This document shows, one piece after another, positions 31,694 through 36,854 of a stretch of DNA of 36,854 nt. The stretch's first letter is position 1. The number at the start of each line of letters is the position of its first letter. The position numbers and the translations under genes are program-made. The notes below the pieces were generated by a model. The model searched no databases. It had not been told where the DNA came from and saw nothing but the letters and a program-made list of their open reading frames with translations. The DNA lies in assembly GCA_964483055.1 (NCBI GenBank), contig CAZAAM010000002.1, positions 1 to 36,854 on the forward strand, in the 5' to 3' direction. This DNA comes from an uncultured Victivallales bacterium. GTDB lineage: Bacteria; Verrucomicrobiota; Lentisphaeria; Victivallales; UBA1829.

Positions 31694-32272
31694 TTAAGGA
31701 AGAACAGCCTCCGCATCGCGGAAGAACTGTTCCGCTGATTCGAAGCGGATTGCATTCCAGCCGCATGCACGGGCGCCGGCGACATTTTCCGGCATGTCGT
31801 CGAAGAAGGCGAGAGGACGCCCCCAGGCGCGTTCGAATTCCTCGTAGATTTCTCGATTCGGCTTAGCCCGCCGAGCGATATGGCTGTAGGTCCCGCCGGC
31901 AACAAGGTGCGCGAATCCGCAGACGCGGAAGACCTGCTCAAGATGCAGTTCGGAGGTGTTCGAAAGAAAGCGGAAGGAGGCGCCGCGCCGCACGAGTTCG
32001 CGCACGGCGTCCGTCATGCCGGGAACGGTCGGGCCGATCATGACGTTCCATGCGTCGATGATCGCCTTGCGCGACATTGCGCCGCCGAGCATGGCTTCCA
32101 TGCGGTCAAGAAAGACTTCGGAGGATGCGCGTCCGGTTTCGACGTCTCGCGCAAGCGCAAAAAATTCCGGAGGAATCGAGTCCATCGTCATGGAGAACGC
32201 GCGCAGGCACTCTTGGAAACGAAGAACGACGCTGACGTTGCCGATGTCGAGCGCGAACAAAGGAGCGTTCAT
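31694..32272 (-). CDS. HAD-IA family hydrolase (YihX-like), 192 aa
   Basis: Motif I variant FALDIGNV (DxGNV, as in YihX-type phosphatases) and motif IV FFDDMPENVAGA. The ATG at 32272 overlaps the holA TGA (ATGA). The upstream 95 codons of the track ORF are read-through. Confidence 0.8.
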   Translation of the reverse strand: MNAPLFALDIGNVSVVLRFQECLRAFSMTMDSIPPEFFALARDVETGRASSEVFLDRMEAMLGGAMSRKAIIDAWNVMIGPTVPGMTDAVRELVRRGASFRFLSNTSELHLEQVFRVCGFAHLVAGGTYSHIARRAKPNREIYEEFERAWGRPLAFFDDMPENVAGARACGWNAIRFESAEQFFRDAEAVLP

Positions 32273-33396
32273 TGCGCGCCTCCGGCGATCTTGACGGCAA
32301 GGAGTTCCAGTGCGATGCGCGCATCGGCGCCGGAACTTACGATCGCCCGATTGACTGCGGTCAGCGCGCGGAAGGCGCGCGCGAGTTCGACGGGCGAGAA
32401 ACGGGAAGCGCTTTCCCATGTCTTGAATGCGCGATAGGGATGCATGGAGAACAAGGGGGATTTTGACGGGGCGTCCGACTGCTTGTTGCGTTCCGCAATG
32501 CCGTAGAAATAGTCCGCGGAGGCATGCGGGGGAATGCCGATGCGCTCCGCATCGCACTTGACGGAAGCGATGCGCTTGAATTCGTTCGCGGCGGCGTAGA
32601 CGATCGCGATTTCCGGTCGGCTTCCGCCTTTCGACTGCTCCAGACTTTCCATGATGTGCGGAATCAGTTCCAGGGCCTTGCGGACATTCCTCTCGACAAG
32701 GGCGGAGGCGTACTCCCAGGCGAGCGTTTCCGTAGCGCGGCTGGCGATGTCGCGGCAGTCGGCAAGCGTCACGCAGGATGCATTGCCGGCATAGGCGATC
32801 AGCTTATCGATTTCGGAGCTCAGGCGCGCTTCGTCCGTGCCGATGGTCTCGGCGAGGAAGGATGCAGCCGCGTCATCCATGCGCTTGCCGCGTTCCGAGG
32901 CGAGCGACTGAATGCGCCGAATTTGCATCTTGGCAAAGCCGCGCGCTTTGGGATCGGCCTTGTCATACCACATGAGCTTGCCGCCGGAGGCTTCGCAGGC
33001 GGCTGCGGCGATCTTGTAGAAGGATTTGCGGCGATCGAGGCCGGGACCGTCGATGACAAGCGTCAGATCAGGCGGCATTCCGCTCTGCAGAAAGGCCGCG
33101 AGCTGATCGATGCGGGAGGGCTTCTTCTTGGTGGTCGCTTCGGCGAAAGCATCGTCGAAGAGCATGAAGCGCTTCAGCCAGACGACCTTCTCAGAAGAAA
33201 GGAACGGAGGCGCAGCAAGCGATTCCAGCACGCGATCCAGAATCTGCGGCGCCTTGTCGCCCTCGCCGTCGCCGCGGATGACTTCCAGGGCGGGATTGTC
33301 CTCCGGAGGATCTCCGCAAAGAGCGCGCACGAGTTCATTCGCGCGTTCCTTGACGGAGAATTCCTCATTGCCTGAAATGAGGTAGAACGCCCCCAT
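32269..33396 (-). CDS. holA: DNA polymerase III delta subunit, 375 aa
   Basis: MGAFYLISGNEEFSVKERANELV is the typical HolA N-terminus. The size and helical C-terminal domain also fit. ATG at 33396. Confidence 0.85.
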   Translation of the reverse strand: MGAFYLISGNEEFSVKERANELVRALCGDPPEDNPALEVIRGDGEGDKAPQILDRVLESLAAPPFLSSEKVVWLKRFMLFDDAFAEATTKKKPSRIDQLAAFLQSGMPPDLTLVIDGPGLDRRKSFYKIAAAACEASGGKLMWYDKADPKARGFAKMQIRRIQSLASERGKRMDDAAASFLAETIGTDEARLSSEIDKLIAYAGNASCVTLADCRDIASRATETLAWEYASALVERNVRKALELIPHIMESLEQSKGGSRPEIAIVYAAANEFKRIASVKCDAERIGIPPHASADYFYGIAERNKQSDAPSKSPLFSMHPYRAFKTWESASRFSPVELARAFRALTAVNRAIVSSGADARIALELLAVKIAGGAQ

Positions 33397-33409
33397 GTTT
33401 CGCCGCGCC

Positions 33410-34483
33410 TCAGTCTACGCCGGGAATGAAGGTTTCACGCCCGTTCAGGCTGGCGACGGTTTCCGTGATCATATCGATTGCGGATTCCACGTCGCGCAGG
33501 TCGCAGATCTCGGCCGGAGTGTGCATGTAGCGGTTCGGGATGCTGATGAGCGCCGTGGCGACGCCCGCGCGCGTCATCTGGATGGCGGCAGTGTCCGTGC
33601 CGCCGGTTGCGCGGTGACCGATTTCCATCTGATATGGGATGTCTTTCTTTTCCGCGAGCCGAATGATGCGCGCAAGCAGGGCGGGATTGTTGTCCGCGTT
33701 GCGCTGAAGCGTGGCGCCCTTTCCCATGACGACATCGCCGTACTGATCCTTGCTTATGCCGGGCACGTCGGTGGCGAAGCCGACATCGACGGCGATCGCC
33801 GCGTTCGGATTGACTCCGAATGCGCCGGTAGTCGCGCCGCGCAGGCCAAGCTCCTCCTGCACCGTGCCGACGCAAGCGACGCCGACCTTGATTTTCTTGG
33901 AAGAGAGAACGCGGAAGGCTTCCGCGATGACGAATGCTCCGATCTTGTCGTCGAGACCCTTGCTGTGGATCATGGTCTTGCCAAGCATTTCGAAATTGGC
34001 GCGGAAGACGACCGGATCGCCGACTTCGACCAGCTTTTTCGCGTCTTCCGGCGTTTGCGTGCCGATGTCGATCCACAGGTCTTCAATCTTGGGGACCGCC
34101 TTGCGCTCGTCCGGCGTCTGCAGATGAATCGGCTTGCGCCCGATCACGCCGGGGAGGCGTCCGTTTTTCGTCAGAATCTCGACGTCCGTGCTCGGGAGAG
34201 TCAGAGGATCGATGCCGCCGACTGAGCGGAACGAGAGCAGTCCTTCCTTGGTGAAGTTGACGATCTGGAATCCGATTTCGTCGTAGTGACCGGCCAGCAT
34301 GAACTGAAATTTCGCGTTCGGATTCAGACGGGCGATGGTGTTGCCGAGGACGTCCGTCTCCACGGAGGCGGCGAACGGTTTGAGATATTCACGAAAGACG
34401 CGCGCCTGCTCGAATTCGAAGCCCGACGGACCGCCGGTGCGGAGCAGGGTTTCCAAAAATTTTAAACTTGACTTGGGAAGCAT
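33410..34483 (-). CDS. M42 family metallopeptidase (glutamyl aminopeptidase / FrvX / CelM type), 357 aa
   Basis: LKFLETLLRTGGPSGFEFE, MLAGHYDEIGF, SKGLDDKIGAF and EELGLRGA motifs. The ATG at 34483 follows AGGAGA at 6 nt. Confidence 0.88.
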   Translation of the reverse strand: MLPKSSLKFLETLLRTGGPSGFEFEQARVFREYLKPFAASVETDVLGNTIARLNPNAKFQFMLAGHYDEIGFQIVNFTKEGLLSFRSVGGIDPLTLPSTDVEILTKNGRLPGVIGRKPIHLQTPDERKAVPKIEDLWIDIGTQTPEDAKKLVEVGDPVVFRANFEMLGKTMIHSKGLDDKIGAFVIAEAFRVLSSKKIKVGVACVGTVQEELGLRGATTGAFGVNPNAAIAVDVGFATDVPGISKDQYGDVVMGKGATLQRNADNNPALLARIIRLAEKKDIPYQMEIGHRATGGTDTAAIQMTRAGVATALISIPNRYMHTPAEICDLRDVESAIDMITETVASLNGRETFIPGVD

Positions 34484-34562
34484 GGAGTTTCTCCTGTTTT
34501 TCATATTTCGGGACGCGGAAGACGCGCTGCTCGAATCAGGCGCGTTCGGACGTCTCATGTCG

Positions 34563-35255
34563 TCATTTCATCTTGATTGCGATATCGTCGACCGAAACAA
34601 GCGAACCGTCGCGTCTGTATTCGCGACTCGGAAGCCCGGGTTCGGACGAGGCGGAATCCTGCTTCTTGGGGAGCGCATACTCCTCATGGCGGATCATGCC
34701 GTTGTCATGCAGTTCCCGGCGAAGGCCGAAGGGAATTTTTTCGCCGGACTGGGACCAGCGGTATTGAACGCGTTCGCGGATTTGCCGGGAGTCTTCCGGG
34801 AAGCATGTCACATCCTCTTCGACGCGGAGCTCCCTCATAAGCGATTGCAGCAGCTCGTCGGCGCCCCTGCAGTCATCCTGCGAGAACAGCTCGTGGATGC
34901 GCGGCGCAAGCTCCTTTTGACGCGCGGCAGGGAGCTGCAACGCAAAGAAGGCGACCTGATCCAGCACGTCAGCCGTGCCGGTCCCGTATCCCGCATCGCG
35001 CCCTTTTCGGAAATAGAAATAGCCGAGGCGCGGCGCGATATATTCGCGCGTTCGCTGCGGATAAATGCGGAAATAGCGCGAGAGATTGCTTTCTCTCACC
35101 TCATCCGGCTTTGCCGGCGGGGGCGCGGTCCAACGTTCGGATGCAGTTCCGTCCATGTTGTAGTCGCGCCGGAAATAGCCTTCTTCCGAGGCGCAGGCGG
35201 CAGAAAGAAGAGAGACGGCGCAGAGAGCGAAAAGGAATGGGAATCGAATGTTCAT
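34563..35255 (-). CDS. Hypothetical secreted protein, possibly a lipoprotein, 230 aa
   Basis: Signal peptide MNIRFPFLFALCAVSLLSAACAS. The ATG at 35255 follows GGAGG at 5 nt. No family recognised by eye. Confidence 0.7.
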   Translation of the reverse strand: MNIRFPFLFALCAVSLLSAACASEEGYFRRDYNMDGTASERWTAPPPAKPDEVRESNLSRYFRIYPQRTREYIAPRLGYFYFRKGRDAGYGTGTADVLDQVAFFALQLPAARQKELAPRIHELFSQDDCRGADELLQSLMRELRVEEDVTCFPEDSRQIRERVQYRWSQSGEKIPFGLRRELHDNGMIRHEEYALPKKQDSASSEPGLPSREYRRDGSLVSVDDIAIKMK

Positions 35256-35319
35256 GAAAGCCTCCGGAACGCCGGTTTTTCGATTGATTGGGCGATGGAA
35301 TTGCGGCGTACAGAGATGT

Positions 35320-35348
35320 ACAGTAGCGCCGCTCCGTCACGTTTTCAA
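35320..35348 (-). promoter_or_regulatory. Putative promoter of the secreted protein-M42-holA-HAD operon
   Basis: The minus strand reads TTGAAA-17 nt-TACTGT, about 65 nt upstream of the ATG at 35255. Confidence 0.4.
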
Positions 35349-35738
35349 GTCAGCGAGCGTGCGCATGCGCAAGAAAGATCATGCGATTGAAACGACTGCT
35401 CATAAAGATATGAAGTCAGAAGATTCCGTGCATTTGTCCTTTGCATTTTTGCATTCATTAAGACAAGCGGCGCGCGCATACGCGAAAAAGTCGGATTGCG
35501 CCGTGATTTGCGAAGACGAAGAGCCCGCGCCGAGGGCAATTTCGCGATGACGCCCGTCCTTTCGAAGCGCGCCTCATTTGGGCTCCGAAACGGGACAAGT
35601 GCGCCATATGGCGCGGGAAGACGTGACAAAATGACGCAAGAGGGCGCAGGGTTCCCGCAATCGCGGATTGAAGCGCGCGGGCTGCTTTCCATGGAAAGAT
35701 CTTTTGTTTCAAGGAAATGCGAATTTGAAAGAAAAAGT

Positions 35739-35754
35739 TGGCATGGGGCTTGCT
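35739..35754 (+). promoter_or_regulatory. Sigma54 (-24/-12)-type promoter candidate upstream of dnaK
   Basis: TGGCATGgggcTTGCT compared with the consensus TGGCACG-N4-TTGCW. GG and GC are at the exact spacing and 11 of 12 conserved positions match. It lies 61 nt upstream of the dnaK ATG in the correct orientation. Confidence 0.45.
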
Positions 35755-35814
35755 ACTAAAAAAACGTTTTGTTGAAACGATAAAAACGGAACCCAATGAG
35801 AAAGGGCGCAAGTT

Positions 35815-36854
<1,040 letters not shown>

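Noticed and set aside
35305-35326. TACTGTACATCTCTGTAC resembling an E. coli-type SOS box (CTGT-N8-ACAG)
   Set aside because: The right half is CTGTAC, a direct repeat, not the inverted ACAG. The TACTGT is better explained as the -10 of the operon promoter.

Overview
GC-rich bacterial chromosomal window with about 30 protein-coding genes. I saw no rRNA, tRNA, CRISPR array or intact mobile element. Most of it is housekeeping or core metabolism. From left to right: a dfx-fprA-rubredoxin oxygen-detoxification operon; a secreted TPR protein; a 29-aa bS22-like micro-ORF absent from the ORF track; a five-gene aromatic amino acid/arylacetate operon (iorB, paaK-like, aminotransferase, iorA, NUDIX); glnS; a ~700-aa GreA-like factor; an ALDH; xerC overlapping an O-antigen-ligase/TPR gene and a NifS-like gene; a lipoprotein plus a transmembrane Ser/Thr kinase with an LRR ectodomain; an LtaS/sulfatase-family membrane enzyme; a LexA-family regulator; metH; a block of HAD, holA, M42 peptidase and a secreted protein; and the 5' part of dnaK (also absent from the track because it is open-ended). 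The gene content suggests an anaerobe of the PVC superphylum; this is inference only. The ORF track uses TTG/GTG as well as ATG starts, so many listed ORFs are over-extended. I trimmed them to ATG starts with Shine-Dalgarno support. The many long Arg-rich ORFs antisense to real genes are shadow ORFs. The one accessory-looking stretch is 24.3-27.9 kb. It holds a decaying BspA-type LRR lipoprotein gene, then two translationally coupled, mutually similar small ORFs of unknown function. Those ORFs sit behind a 12/12 consensus promoter and a ~200-nt structured leader. About 400 nt of unassigned DNA follows, then a LexA-family gene whose catalytic dyad looks degenerate and which is preceded by tandem GAAC-N4-GTTC-like boxes. 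Other points worth a second look: the kinase has a WNK-like lysine arrangement; dnaK is preceded by a near-consensus sigma54 -24/-12 element; and a TTGAxx-N16/17-TATAGT promoter architecture recurs at most operon heads.
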